In this document: positions 28,492-38,989 of the stretch, piece by piece
Layout of the letters: each line of letters opens with the position of its first letter
Position numbering within the stretch: position 1 is the first letter of the stretch
Assembly: GCA_963675755.2 (NCBI GenBank)
Contig: CAXXMD010000002.1
Coordinates: 576,001-640,000, forward strand
Source of the DNA: a bacterium
GTDB lineage: Bacteria > Zhuqueibacterota > Zhuqueibacteria > Residuimicrobiales > Krinioviventaceae
Direction: 5' to 3'
DNA length: 64,000 nucleotides
Notes under the pieces: generated by a model
What the model was told of the DNA's origin: nothing
The model's database searches: none
What the model saw: only the letters and a program-made list of their open reading frames with translations
Position numbers and translations under genes: made by a program

Positions 28492-28552
28492 ATGGAATTT
28501 TTTTTCTAGCTAACCCCGCCCACTGCTTTCACAAAGTAGTGGGTTTTTTTTT
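28471..28552 (+). promoter_or_regulatory. Transcription attenuator (antiterminator and terminator)
   Basis: Terminator GCCCACTGCTTT-cac-AAAGTAGTGGGT plus T run (28518-28552). Alternative pairing of GCGGG..TTAGC (28471-28485) with GCTAACCCCGC (28509-28519) overlaps the terminator's 5' arm. Confidence 0.85.
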
Positions 28553-28569
28553 ATATATAAGGATAAGAA

Positions 28570-28827
28570 ATGGAATTGTCAGAACTTCGAAATGAAATAG
28601 ATTTAATTGATGAACAAATTCTGGATTTGCTTTCAAAACGTGCCCATGTTGCTATTGATATTGGTGAATTCAAGAGTCAAAACAATCTGGAAATTTTTAA
28701 TAAAGACCGTGAAGATAAAATTTTTGAAAATCTGATTAATAAAAATAATGGCCCATTAAGCGATAACGCTGTTCGGGCAATATTTGAACAAATCATTGTA
28801 ATCTGCAGAGACTTACAAAAGCTCTGA
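28570..28827 (+). CDS. Chorismate mutase, monofunctional AroQ class
   Basis: LSELRNEIDLIDEQILDLLSKR...IGEFK...RE. Confidence 0.92.
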   Translation: MELSELRNEIDLIDEQILDLLSKRAHVAIDIGEFKSQNNLEIFNKDREDKIFENLINKNNGPLSDNAVRAIFEQIIVICRDLQKL

Positions 28828-28853
28828 TAATTATTTATTGAAAGGACAGTATT

Positions 28854-29870
28854 TTGGTAATTGTCATGAAAGATAGTGCGTCAGATGAAATGATTGCAAT
28901 AGTATCTGACAAACTTGTTGAGCTTGGTTTTGACGTTCACAAAGTTGTGGGTGTTAACAAAACCATAATAGGTGCCATAGGTGATAAACGCGGTATTGAT
29001 ATAAGACAATTTGAAATTATGGAAGGTGTTCAGGAAGTTGTTCGCATTACTGAACCTTATAAACTTGCAGGACGTACTTTTCACCAGGAAAATTCAGTTG
29101 TTAAAGTTCAAGACACATCGTTTGGTGGTGATGAAATTCATGTAATTGCCGGACCTTGTTCTATTGAAAGTGAAGATCAATTGTTTACAATTGCTGAACT
29201 GGTAAAAAAAGCCGGAGCTACCGTATTACGTGGTGGAGCATTTAAACCGCGTACATCTCCCTATAGTTTTCAGGGAATGGGTAAAGAGGGTTTACAGTTG
29301 CTGCAAAAAGCTGGAAAAGAATTCAATTTACCCACTGTTTCCGAGATAATGCGTGAAAATCAGGTTGATTTAATGTGTGAATATGTCGATATTCTTCAAG
29401 TGGGTGCTCGGAATATGCAAAACTTTTCACTTTTAAAAGAGCTGGGTAAAACCAAAACACCAATCTTGTTAAAGCGTGGTCTTGCTGCTACAATTGAAGA
29501 ATTTTTAATGGCTGCAGAATATATTATGGCTGGTGGAAATTACAATGTGATATTGTGTGAACGTGGTATTCGTACTTTTGAAAACTATACCCGAAATACT
29601 TTGGATATTTCTGCAATACCGGTTGTCCATAAATTAAGCCATTTACCCATCATTGCTGATCCCAGCCATGGAACAGGAATTCGTGATAAAGTACCTCCAA
29701 TGGCAAGAGCTGCAATTGCTGCCGGTGCAGATGGTTTGACAATTGAAGTACATCATGAACCGGAAAAAGCATTTTCTGATGGTGCTCAGTCATTGTATCC
29801 TAAACAATTTGAACGGTTAATGGAAGAACTTCGAATGATTGCGTGGGCTATAGGTCGTAAAATTAAATAG
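28854..29870 (+). CDS. aroF: DAHP synthase type I-beta with N-terminal regulatory domain
   Basis: IAGPCSIE, GGAFKPRTSPYSFQG, GARNMQN, LLKRG, CERGIRTF, DPSH. Confidence 0.96.
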   Translation: MVIVMKDSASDEMIAIVSDKLVELGFDVHKVVGVNKTIIGAIGDKRGIDIRQFEIMEGVQEVVRITEPYKLAGRTFHQENSVVKVQDTSFGGDEIHVIAGPCSIESEDQLFTIAELVKKAGATVLRGGAFKPRTSPYSFQGMGKEGLQLLQKAGKEFNLPTVSEIMRENQVDLMCEYVDILQVGARNMQNFSLLKELGKTKTPILLKRGLAATIEEFLMAAEYIMAGGNYNVILCERGIRTFENYTRNTLDISAIPVVHKLSHLPIIADPSHGTGIRDKVPPMARAAIAAGADGLTIEVHHEPEKAFSDGAQSLYPKQFERLMEELRMIAWAIGRKIK

Positions 29871-29879
29871 GATTAAATA

Positions 29880-30989
29880 ATGGATACCAATAATCGTTTT
29901 AAAACAATTGCGATAGTAGGGGTGGGGCTGATTGGTGGTTCTCTTGGAATGGCCCTGAAGCGAAAAGGATTTAAAGGAACTATCATTGGCATCGATAATC
30001 CTTATACCCTCGAAGATGCTATAAAGAGAAAAGCGGTTGACAAGGTTTACCCCATTGATCAACTTAAAGAGGGTGTAGCCACTGCTGATCTTGTTTTTCT
30101 TTGTACACCTATTGATGAAATAGTAAACCTTATCAAAATTGTTGGTAATTATGTAAAACCCAATACTCTTATTACAGATGTTGGCAGCATCAAGCGAAGC
30201 ATAGTTGAAACCGCCAATTTACATTTACCACGAGAATGCGATTTTATTGGTGGCCATCCCATGGCTGGTTCTGAATTCAGAAGCATTAAAGCCGCTGATC
30301 CATTTTTGTTTGAAAATACAATTTATGTTTTAACTCCAACGCGTCCTATAGATGAATCTACACGTAAAGCTTTTGGAGAGTTGTTGGAATCCATAGGTGC
30401 CAAAGTTTTATTAATGCTGCCCAAGCTGCATGATGAAATTGCTGCTGCTGTTAGTCATTTACCGCAAATGGCTGCTGTAGCTATGATGAATATGGTCGCG
30501 GAAAAGCAAAAAGAAAGTCCGCATTTTATGAAGATGGCTGCGGGTGGTTTTAGAGATATGACTCGTATTGCATCCAGTCCTTATGGTATTTGGGAGCATA
30601 TTCGACAGACAAATTCAGACATGATTATTGAATATATTGATGCATATATAAAAGAATTGGAAAAAGTCAAAAAGATATTATTAACACCGGAATTGGAAAC
30701 ATATTTTGAAAGCTCTGCTAAAAACAGACTCAATATCCCCAGTGATACAAAGGGCTTTTTACGTCCTCATTTTGATATTTCAGTAGCAGTTGAGGACAAG
30801 CCTGGAATGATTGCTATTATAGCAAATACTTTGAATGATGAGAATATCAATATCAAGGATATTGAAGTTTTAAAAATCAGAGAAGATGAAGGTGGAACAA
30901 TACGTTTGGCTTTTACAACTGAAAATGATAGAGAAGCTGCTATCTCTTTGTTAAGAGCCAAGGGACTTGAATGTGGAAAGAGGGATTGA
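29880..30989 (+). CDS. tyrA: Prephenate dehydrogenase with C-terminal ACT domain
   Basis: GVGLIGGS, TDVGSIK, GGHPMAG, HD..SHLP, GFRDMTRIA; ACT segment EDKPGMIA. Confidence 0.95.
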   Translation: MDTNNRFKTIAIVGVGLIGGSLGMALKRKGFKGTIIGIDNPYTLEDAIKRKAVDKVYPIDQLKEGVATADLVFLCTPIDEIVNLIKIVGNYVKPNTLITDVGSIKRSIVETANLHLPRECDFIGGHPMAGSEFRSIKAADPFLFENTIYVLTPTRPIDESTRKAFGELLESIGAKVLLMLPKLHDEIAAAVSHLPQMAAVAMMNMVAEKQKESPHFMKMAAGGFRDMTRIASSPYGIWEHIRQTNSDMIIEYIDAYIKELEKVKKILLTPELETYFESSAKNRLNIPSDTKGFLRPHFDISVAVEDKPGMIAIIANTLNDENINIKDIEVLKIREDEGGTIRLAFTTENDREAAISLLRAKGLECGKRD

Positions 30990-30990
30990 A

Positions 30991-32274
30991 ATGAATGAAC
31001 GTTTAATTAAACCAGCTGCCAAATTAAATGGCACTCTATTAATGCCCGGCGATAAATCTATTTCTCATCGAGCTTTAATCCTTTCGTCAATTGCCAACGG
31101 TGATTGTAAAATTACCGGTTTATCAGATGCAGTTGACATCCAGAATACAACCAATTGTTTAAAATCTCTTGGTGTTTCCATAGAAGAAAAAGATAATAGT
31201 GTAATTGTTCATGGCAAAGGTATGATGGGAATGTCAGAACCTTCAGCTATTCTTGACGCAGGGAATTCCGGAACTACTATACGTCTATTATCTGGTATAT
31301 TGGCAGCGTTACCTTTTACAACAGAAATAACCGGTGATGAATCACTACAAAAACGCCCAATGCGACGAATTATAGAGCCTCTTGAATTAATGGGAGCACA
31401 AATAGACAGTGCTGATTTTAAAGCACCTTTGAAAATCCGTGGTAATCATTTACGTGCTATTGATTATGCTTCACCAGTCGCCAGTGCTCAGGTTAAATCC
31501 TGTATTTTACTAGCTGGCTTGTATGCACGTGGATTGACCCGGGTTACAGAAACTTCTGAATCACGTAATCATACAGAATTAATGTTACGTGAATTCAATG
31601 CCAATATTCATTTCAACCCTGGAATGGCCGGCGTTCGTGGACCGGCTGAGCTTGAAGCAACGGACATTGATGTACCAGGCGATATATCCGCAGCCGCATT
31701 TTTCCTTGTAGCTGGTTCGCTTTTGAATGGATCTGAAATTGTAATGCCCAACATTGGTATCAACACAACCCGGACCGGTATTCTTGATGCTTTGACAACA
31801 ATGGGTGCAATGATTGATAAATCAGATGAAAACTCTATGAACCATGAAGATCGTGCAACTTTGACTGTTAAATCTACAATGTTGATGCCAACTCATTTAG
31901 GCGGTTCGTTAATCCCCAGAATTATTGATGAAATTCCCATTATTGCTGTAGCGGCTACTCAGGCACCTGGTACCACCATCATAAAAGATGCTGGTGAATT
32001 GCGCGTAAAAGAATCTGACCGAATTAAAACTGTAGTAGATAACCTGAAACGTATGAAAGCCAATATTCGTGAGATCAAAGATGGTATGATCATTGACGGT
32101 CCATCTAAGCTCAAAGGTGCTGAAATTGACAGTTTTGGTGATCACCGTATTGCAATGGCATTTGCAATTGCAGGTTTGGTTGCCGAAGGAGAGACGTTAA
32201 TCAAAAACACAGATTGTGTTGATACTTCTTTTCCTGGATTCTTTGACAAGCTGGAGTCGTTACGTAATGATTGA
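30991..32274 (+). CDS. aroA: EPSP synthase
   Basis: PGDKSISHRA, DAGNSGTT, SAQVKS, RNHTE, IDEIP, ELRVKESDR, DHRIAM. Confidence 0.97.
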   Translation: MNERLIKPAAKLNGTLLMPGDKSISHRALILSSIANGDCKITGLSDAVDIQNTTNCLKSLGVSIEEKDNSVIVHGKGMMGMSEPSAILDAGNSGTTIRLLSGILAALPFTTEITGDESLQKRPMRRIIEPLELMGAQIDSADFKAPLKIRGNHLRAIDYASPVASAQVKSCILLAGLYARGLTRVTETSESRNHTELMLREFNANIHFNPGMAGVRGPAELEATDIDVPGDISAAAFFLVAGSLLNGSEIVMPNIGINTTRTGILDALTTMGAMIDKSDENSMNHEDRATLTVKSTMLMPTHLGGSLIPRIIDEIPIIAVAATQAPGTTIIKDAGELRVKESDRIKTVVDNLKRMKANIREIKDGMIIDGPSKLKGAEIDSFGDHRIAMAFAIAGLVAEGETLIKNTDCVDTSFPGFFDKLESLRND

Positions 32275-33142
32275 TGCCAAAACCCGAGTTTTAGCTGTAA
32301 TTGGCGATCCTATCGAACATAGTCTGTCACCTCTTATGCAGAACTGGTTTATCCATAAAACCGGGATAAATGCTGTTTATACTGCATTTCATGTTAAACC
32401 TGAAAATGTTAAAGATTGCGTAGCAGGTATGCGAGCAATGAATATTGCGGGTTTAAATGTAACTGCTCCACACAAACAACTTGTAGTGGATCATGTAGAT
32501 TCAGTGTCAAATGAAGTTGAACTCTTGGGTGCTTCGAATACACTTGTTAATACTGATGGTAAAATTTCAGCATATGTTACAGACCCGTTTGGTTTTATAG
32601 AATCTTTGGGCCCTGAAAAAGACCGCTTTATGGATGCTACAGTTGTATTGTTTGGCGCCGGTGGTGCTGCTATGTCAATTGTTTATGCATTATCCAGATT
32701 AAGAGTTAAAAAAATCTTTATTACCGATCTCTATCCTGAAAAAGCTGCAGATTTACACAAAATGGCAACTCATGATCTCAATATAACAGATGTAACCATT
32801 ATCGATCCTGATAATAAAGATAAATCCGATATCATTCGGGATGCTGATGTATTAATCAATGCAACTGCTGTTGGTATGCATCCACTGGTTGGTAAATCCG
32901 TAATTGAAGATTTTACTCCTATTGGTCCCAAACATTTTGTTTACGATCTAATATACAATCCGGGTGTTACCCACTTAATGCATAATGCACAAAAGCAGGG
33001 TGCAAGCGTGCAAAACGGACTCGAGATGTTGATTTTTCAAGGTCTTGAATCTTTCCGGTTGTTTACCGGAGAATCTGTTCAGCTTGAAGAAAAGGAGCTG
33101 AGTGAATTAAAATCTATTATGAATAAGGCTTTAGGTTTATGA
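32267..33142 (+). CDS. aroE: Shikimate dehydrogenase
   Basis: GDPIEHSLSP, NVTAPHK, NT, GAGGAA, NATAVGM, DLIYNP, GLEMLIFQG. Confidence 0.95.
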   Translation: MIDAKTRVLAVIGDPIEHSLSPLMQNWFIHKTGINAVYTAFHVKPENVKDCVAGMRAMNIAGLNVTAPHKQLVVDHVDSVSNEVELLGASNTLVNTDGKISAYVTDPFGFIESLGPEKDRFMDATVVLFGAGGAAMSIVYALSRLRVKKIFITDLYPEKAADLHKMATHDLNITDVTIIDPDNKDKSDIIRDADVLINATAVGMHPLVGKSVIEDFTPIGPKHFVYDLIYNPGVTHLMHNAQKQGASVQNGLEMLIFQGLESFRLFTGESVQLEEKELSELKSIMNKALGL

Positions 33143-34344
33143 ATAAAATTAGGTTTCTGACTGCCGGAGAATCTCACGGTCAAGCTTTAAATGCTATCAT
33201 TGAAGGACTTCCGGCCAATCTTGAAATCAGTGAAGTAGAAATACGTTATGATCTTGCCCGCAGACAACGCGGTTATGGTCGTGGTGGCAGGATGCAAATC
33301 GAAAAAGATTATGCAAGAATTATGACAGGTGTTAGATACGGAAAAACACTGGGAAGTCCTGTTTCTTTATTACTTGAAAACAAAGACTGGCCCAACTGGA
33401 CTGAGAAAATGTCTGTAACTCCTGTTGATAATCCTGTCCCCAAGTTACAGATGCCACGTCCGGGACACGCTGATTTTTCCGGTATGGTTAAATATCAGCA
33501 GGATGATTTGCGAAACTTGCTGGAACGCTCATCCGCACGTGAAACCACAATGCGTGTAGCAGTGGGTGCTGTTTGCAAAAAGCTTTTATCTGAATTTGGT
33601 ATTAAAATATATGGACATGTTGTAAGAATTGGTTCTGTTGAATCTCATTTTTCGGGCTTGAATGTTACCCGTAAAGATTTTGACGATCCTGATTTTGTTG
33701 AAAACTGGAATGATACATTTAATCAAGTAGAATCTGCTGAAATGGCATGTGCTGACGCTAAAGCAAATAAAGCCATGATGGATCTTGTTGATGATGCCAA
33801 AGAAAAAGGAACTTCTTTGGGTGGTCAGTTTGAGGTCATTGCAACCGGTCTTCCCGTCGGTTTAGGCAGCCATGTACACTGGGATCGCAAACTGGACGCT
33901 CACATTGCTTATGCAATGATGAGTATTAATGCCATGAAATCCGTTGAAATTGGAATGGGTGTTGGTGTTGCTCAAAATCCAGGCAGTGCTGTACATGACC
34001 AGATTTATTATAATAAAAAAAACGGATATTATCGTACCAGCAATAATGCCGGTGGTCTGGAAGGCGGTATGACCAATGGAGAGCCGGTTATTGCCCGTAT
34101 TTCAATGAAACCCCTGCCAACCATGGTAACACCTTTAGACTCTGTTGATGTAAAAACAAAGTCATCAAAACAGGCTCATTATGAGCGTGCGGATGTTTGT
34201 GCTGTTCCTGCTGCAGTAATTGTAGGTGAAGCCATGATGGCAATTGTACTTGCAAATGCTTTGATTGATAAAATTGGCGGTGACTCGATAGAAGAGATGA
34301 AACGAAACTATAAAGGATTGCCCAATGTACCCCTGGGATGGTAA
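33139..34344 (+). CDS. aroC: Chorismate synthase
   Basis: TAGESHG, RRQRGYGRG, PRPGHAD, ERSSARET, NNAGGLEGG, MKP. Confidence 0.97.
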   Translation: MNKIRFLTAGESHGQALNAIIEGLPANLEISEVEIRYDLARRQRGYGRGGRMQIEKDYARIMTGVRYGKTLGSPVSLLLENKDWPNWTEKMSVTPVDNPVPKLQMPRPGHADFSGMVKYQQDDLRNLLERSSARETTMRVAVGAVCKKLLSEFGIKIYGHVVRIGSVESHFSGLNVTRKDFDDPDFVENWNDTFNQVESAEMACADAKANKAMMDLVDDAKEKGTSLGGQFEVIATGLPVGLGSHVHWDRKLDAHIAYAMMSINAMKSVEIGMGVGVAQNPGSAVHDQIYYNKKNGYYRTSNNAGGLEGGMTNGEPVIARISMKPLPTMVTPLDSVDVKTKSSKQAHYERADVCAVPAAVIVGEAMMAIVLANALIDKIGGDSIEEMKRNYKGLPNVPLGW

Positions 34345-34861
34345 AAACGTCTATTTTTTAGGATTTATGGCTTCCGGAAAATCTGCAATTGGTCGTGAAT
34401 TTTCTAAAATGTTGGGTTGGCCTTTTTATGATACAGATGATCTTGTAGAAAAATCTGCCGGTAAAACAATCAGTGAGATTTTCGAACAGGATGGAGAACA
34501 GGCTTTTCGTGATCTTGAAACACGTGTGATCAAATCCGTTTCTGAACAAAAACATCAGGTTATTTCACTTGGTGGAGGAGCGATAATTCGTCAGGATAAT
34601 TGGAAATATATTACCGAATCCGGAATTACAATCGGACTCATGGCACCTGTAAATGTATTAGCTGAACGTATTGCAAGAAAATCTCATCGACCTTTGATGT
34701 ACAATTTAAAAGGGGATGAATTGATTAAAAAAATTGAAACTATGCTTGAAGAACGTGAACCTTATTATATTCGCGCACAATACAAGTTTGAAAATACAGG
34801 ACTTTTAACCGTTCATGACTTTACCCAGGAAATATTTAATACAATCCGGGATGATATATGA
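34325..34861 (+). CDS. aroK: Shikimate kinase
   Basis: GFMASGKS, DTD, GEQAFRDLE, SLGGG, RPL. Confidence 0.95.
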   Translation: MYPWDGKNVYFLGFMASGKSAIGREFSKMLGWPFYDTDDLVEKSAGKTISEIFEQDGEQAFRDLETRVIKSVSEQKHQVISLGGGAIIRQDNWKYITESGITIGLMAPVNVLAERIARKSHRPLMYNLKGDELIKKIETMLEEREPYYIRAQYKFENTGLLTVHDFTQEIFNTIRDDI

Positions 34862-35955
34862 AAACCGTTAATATAGATCTGGGTGAAAGAGGATATTCTA
34901 TTCAAATTGGACCGGGGATTCTGTCAAGTTTACCTGAACTGTTAGTAAAACATGGATTACAGGAAGAATTGTACATCATCACCGACACCAATGTTGATCA
35001 TTACTATCATCAAACAATAATAGAGCTATTTGATAACACTGACATAAATCCAGTAATATTCACCGTACCGGCAGGCGAGAAATCCAAATCTCTTGACGTT
35101 GCAAATCATCTTTATACCCAATTACTTGAAAATAACGCTACACGTAAAGCTGCAGTTGTTGCTTTTGGAGGTGGTGTAGTAGGGGATCTTGCCGGTTTTA
35201 TTGCTGCTACCTTTATGAGAGGTGTTCCGTTTGTGCAGGTTCCAACCACTATACTAAGTCAGGTTGACAGTAGTGTTGGTGGTAAAGTGGGAATTAATCA
35301 CCCCTTGGGTAAAAATCTTATTGGTGCTTTTTATCAACCTGAATTTGTCCTAATTGATCCCGATGTTTTAATAACATTGCCCGAGAGAGAAATCAAAGCC
35401 GGTCTTGCTGAAGTTATTAAATACAGTTTTATTTGGGATAAAGACTTTTTTACCTCTCTTTCTGAGCATATTGATTCGTTAATTACCTTGTCAGACACAG
35501 AATACCTTGTTGATGTTTTGGCTACATGTTGTGAGATAAAAGCAGAGGTTGTGGAAAAGGATGAAAAAGAATCGGGATTGCGCAGTATATTAAACTTTGG
35601 TCATACTGCAGGCCATGCTCTGGAAGCTGTTACCGGGTATAAGCAATTTCTCCATGGAGAAGCTGTATCGCATGGTATGCGTGCTGCCATCCATTTATCT
35701 ATGCTTGAAAATCGAATCGATCAGGAAACTTTAAACAATGCATTAAAGCTGATAGATCTTTTAACCCCACCTGCAATTCCATCTTTTGTCTCTGTCGAAG
35801 AAATACTAGATGCTACTAAAAAAGACAAAAAACGCTCAAAATCAGGGCAGCTATGGATTTTATTGGATGAAATTGGAAAATATGCAATGACAAGAGATGT
35901 TTCCATGGATAATATCAAGTTCGCAGTTGAATTTATGATCAGGTACAAGATATGA
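34858..35955 (+). CDS. aroB: 3-dehydroquinate synthase
   Basis: [44 protein letters not shown]. Confidence 0.97.
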   Translation: MKTVNIDLGERGYSIQIGPGILSSLPELLVKHGLQEELYIITDTNVDHYYHQTIIELFDNTDINPVIFTVPAGEKSKSLDVANHLYTQLLENNATRKAAVVAFGGGVVGDLAGFIAATFMRGVPFVQVPTTILSQVDSSVGGKVGINHPLGKNLIGAFYQPEFVLIDPDVLITLPEREIKAGLAEVIKYSFIWDKDFFTSLSEHIDSLITLSDTEYLVDVLATCCEIKAEVVEKDEKESGLRSILNFGHTAGHALEAVTGYKQFLHGEAVSHGMRAAIHLSMLENRIDQETLNNALKLIDLLTPPAIPSFVSVEEILDATKKDKKRSKSGQLWILLDEIGKYAMTRDVSMDNIKFAVEFMIRYKI

Positions 35956-36395
35956 TCAAAGTACTTGTCATACATGGTCCCAATCTTAATCTCCTGGGTG
36001 ACAGGGAACCGGATGTCTATGGAACCCTGACTCTTGATAATATAAATAATGAAATTACCAGGCTTGCCAAGTCTCTGGATATTACTGTTGAATGCTTTCA
36101 ATCCAATCATGAAGGAGAATTGATTGATTTCATTCATAATAACCGTTTTTCTGCTAATGGAATTGTAATCAATCCAGGTGCTTATACACATTACTGTTAT
36201 GCCATTCGTGATGCAATATCCGCCGTAAAATTACCAACTGTTGAAGTACACTTGTCTGATATTCACAAACGAGAAGATTTTCGTAAAATTTCTGTCATTC
36301 AACCGGTATGTATCCACCAAATTTATGGTAAAGGTTTAGACAGTTATCTCGAAGGTCTTATATTTTTAAACCAACACTTTAAACAAAATTTGTAA
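35952..36395 (+). CDS. aroQ: Type II 3-dehydroquinate dehydratase
   Basis: [35 protein letters not shown]. Confidence 0.97.
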   Translation: MIKVLVIHGPNLNLLGDREPDVYGTLTLDNINNEITRLAKSLDITVECFQSNHEGELIDFIHNNRFSANGIVINPGAYTHYCYAIRDAISAVKLPTVEVHLSDIHKREDFRKISVIQPVCIHQIYGKGLDSYLEGLIFLNQHFKQNL

Positions 36396-36447
36396 TTCTC
36401 TCATGGGGTATAGTTTCCACATCTTGTTTGTCCGATTTAATTAGTTA

Positions 36448-36476
36448 TTGATTCTTTATTTCAATTGTTCTATATT
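36448..36476 (+). promoter_or_regulatory. Putative sigma70 promoter for polX
   Basis: TTGATT-N17-TATATT, in an AT-rich context where chance matches are common. Confidence 0.35.
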
Positions 36477-36489
36477 TTAAATTCTATTA

Positions 36490-38214
36490 TTGGAGATTTA
36501 TTTGAAAAATATTGAAATTGCAAATATTTTTATGCAAATGGCCGATATTTTAGAGTTTAATGGTGAGTCACCATTCAAGGTCAATGCTTATCGTAAAGGT
36601 GCCCGTATTCTTGAAGAAATGACAGAAGATATTGAATCTGTCTGGCAATCCGGTAATCTACAGGATATTCCTGGTATTGGTAAAGCCCTTTACGGTAAAA
36701 TAGAATCTTTTTTAACTCATGGAAACATACCACAATTTGATGAATTATTAAAAGATACCCCCAAAGATCTTTTTTTATTATTAAAAATACCAAATTTTGG
36801 CCCCAAAACCGCTGCCCTGGCATACAAAGAGTTGAAAGTACAAACACTCGATGATTTAAAAACTGTAATCGAATCCGGCAAGTTGGAATCATTACCTGGC
36901 ATGGGTGCAAAGCGTGTTGAAAAAATTAAAAAAAGTGTCGAGTTGTTAAAGGCTTCGCAGGAACGCTTATCTATTGGACTTGCTATTCCCATTGTTCAGG
37001 AGACTATAGATTATTTAAACGAACATGTTGGTGATAAAATCATCAAAATAACAACTGCCGGCTCAACCCGAAGAGGAAGAGAAACCGTTCATGATATTGA
37101 TATTCTGGTTTCATCCGAAAATCCTCAAGAAGTAATCGAATGCTTTACCCAAATGCCGGGCGTAACTTCTGTATTGGGTTCAGGTTCGACAAAGGGCAGC
37201 ATTATTGTAAATGATCGTGAACAAATTGATTTACGTGCAGTGCCTGAAGAAAGCTTTGGAGCAGCATTGCAATATTTTACAGGTTCTAAAGCGCATAATG
37301 TAAAACTTCGCGGAATAGCCAAATCTCAGGGTTATAAAATCAATGAATACGGCATTTTCAAAGATGACACCAAAGTTGGCGGCGAAACTGAAAAAGAAAT
37401 TTATGAACAATTGGGCCTGGTTTGGATTCCCCCTGAATTACGCGAAGATCGGGGAGAGATAGAAGCCGCTGCAGAGAATACTTTACCCGAGTTGATTACT
37501 GATACTGATATGCTTGCAGATTTACATATGCACACCCACTATAGTGACGGTCAATTATCAATTCAAGAAATGGCTGAAGCAGTTAGACAATTGGGTTATA
37601 AATATATGGCAATTACTGATCATTCGGCCAGTGCATTTTACGCAAATGGGCTGCAAGTTGATAGATTAAAGAAACAAATTGATGAAATACATGAGATTAA
37701 CAGTAACTATTCTGATTTTGAAATTCTTGCAGGCTCTGAGGTAGATATTTTACCCAATGGAAATCTTGATTTTGATGATGAAATGCTAAAACAACTTGAT
37801 TTTGTTGTAGCATCCATACACTCGGCATTCACTACAAAACCCACCGAGAGAACGCTTGCCGCCATTGAAAATCCATTTGTGGATGTAATAGGGCATCCTA
37901 CTGGTAGATTAATCTCTCGACGTGAAGGGTTCAATTTGGACATGGAAAAGGTAATGCAGCGCGCAGCTGAAACGGGTACTGCCCTTGAAGTCAATGCCTA
38001 TTGGGACCGGTTGGATTTGTCTGATATCCACATCAAACAAGCAATTTCAATGGGTGTTAAATTGTCAATCAATACAGACAGTCACCATACACGGCACTTG
38101 AGTATGATGCAATTTGGTATAGCTACAGCAAGACGGGGGTGGGCAACAAAATTTGATGTAATTAATACAATGTCCCTTGAACAATTGCGGACATGGCAAA
38201 AGCGAAATAACTGA
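36490..38214 (+). CDS. polX: DNA polymerase X with PHP domain
   Basis: AYRK, HhH IPGIGK, AGSTRR, intact catalytic HDIDIL and IDLR, YFTGSK; PHP motifs HMHTHYSDG, TDHS, GHP, DSHH. Confidence 0.95.
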   Translation: MEIYLKNIEIANIFMQMADILEFNGESPFKVNAYRKGARILEEMTEDIESVWQSGNLQDIPGIGKALYGKIESFLTHGNIPQFDELLKDTPKDLFLLLKIPNFGPKTAALAYKELKVQTLDDLKTVIESGKLESLPGMGAKRVEKIKKSVELLKASQERLSIGLAIPIVQETIDYLNEHVGDKIIKITTAGSTRRGRETVHDIDILVSSENPQEVIECFTQMPGVTSVLGSGSTKGSIIVNDREQIDLRAVPEESFGAALQYFTGSKAHNVKLRGIAKSQGYKINEYGIFKDDTKVGGETEKEIYEQLGLVWIPPELREDRGEIEAAAENTLPELITDTDMLADLHMHTHYSDGQLSIQEMAEAVRQLGYKYMAITDHSASAFYANGLQVDRLKKQIDEIHEINSNYSDFEILAGSEVDILPNGNLDFDDEMLKQLDFVVASIHSAFTTKPTERTLAAIENPFVDVIGHPTGRLISRREGFNLDMEKVMQRAAETGTALEVNAYWDRLDLSDIHIKQAISMGVKLSINTDSHHTRHLSMMQFGIATARRGWATKFDVINTMSLEQLRTWQKRNN

Positions 38215-38989
38215 TACCTGGCAGGAAAAAAGACTGGCAAAGCTTTCTCATAAATTGATCCGTTTTTTCTATCTAGACAAAATTTTTGCGGATAACGGAT
38301 ATTTGCTAAGCAGTAGAACACCATTTTATGGATTGTTGAGCACAATTCCATTGTTGATAATTTATGAAATAATGACCTTGTTTGTAGGTCATTATGAAAG
38401 CTATTCGGTCCGTAATTATGCGGAAATATTGTTCAAAGAACTGCTCGATCTATTGGGATTACATGGTCCCTTTATGTTTGCTTTGTTGGTAATTATTGTT
38501 TTGGCAGTTGTGTATTATTTCAGGGACCAGAAACATAAAAAGTTTTCACCCAGTTATTTAGGCTACATGTTTTTAGAAAGTACGTTTTATGCTATATTTC
38601 TGGGTTTTATAGCATCCCGTTTTACCCGAATGCTATTCATGGTTATTAATCCTCAAGATCAGCAGGTTTCAATTATGCTGTCATTGGGTGCCGGATTTTA
38701 TGAAGAATTAATATTTCGTGTACTACTTTTTGGAATAACTGCCCGCACTTTGATATTATTAAAGATGCAGAAATTTTCCGCGTATTTAATTTCTGCATTG
38801 TTTTCTTCTGTTTTGTTCTCCTGGAGCCATTATATGGGATCAGAACAGTTTCAAATTATAACCGGATTTTTCCGGTTGTTTATGGGCATTATGTTTTGTG
38901 TATTATATAAATTGAGAGGCTTTGGGATCACCGCTTATACACATGCGTTATATGATCTGTTTCTTTTGGTAAATGTATGGTCAGTTTAA
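38177..38989 (+). CDS. CPBP family intramembrane glutamic endopeptidase
   Basis: GFYEELIFR, FSWSHY, HALYD; multiple TM helices; true start uncertain. Confidence 0.8.
   Translation: MNNCGHGKSEITDTWQEKRLAKLSHKLIRFFYLDKIFADNGYLLSSRTPFYGLLSTIPLLIIYEIMTLFVGHYESYSVRNYAEILFKELLDLLGLHGPFMFALLVIIVLAVVYYFRDQKHKKFSPSYLGYMFLESTFYAIFLGFIASRFTRMLFMVINPQDQQVSIMLSLGAGFYEELIFRVLLFGITARTLILLKMQKFSAYLISALFSSVLFSWSHYMGSEQFQIITGFFRLFMGIMFCVLYKLRGFGITAYTHALYDLFLLVNVWSV

Noticed and set aside
36490-38214. Possible catalytically dead PolX variant
   Set aside because: The catalytic Asp triad (DID plus D in IDLR) and the PHP metal ligands are intact, so it looks canonical.
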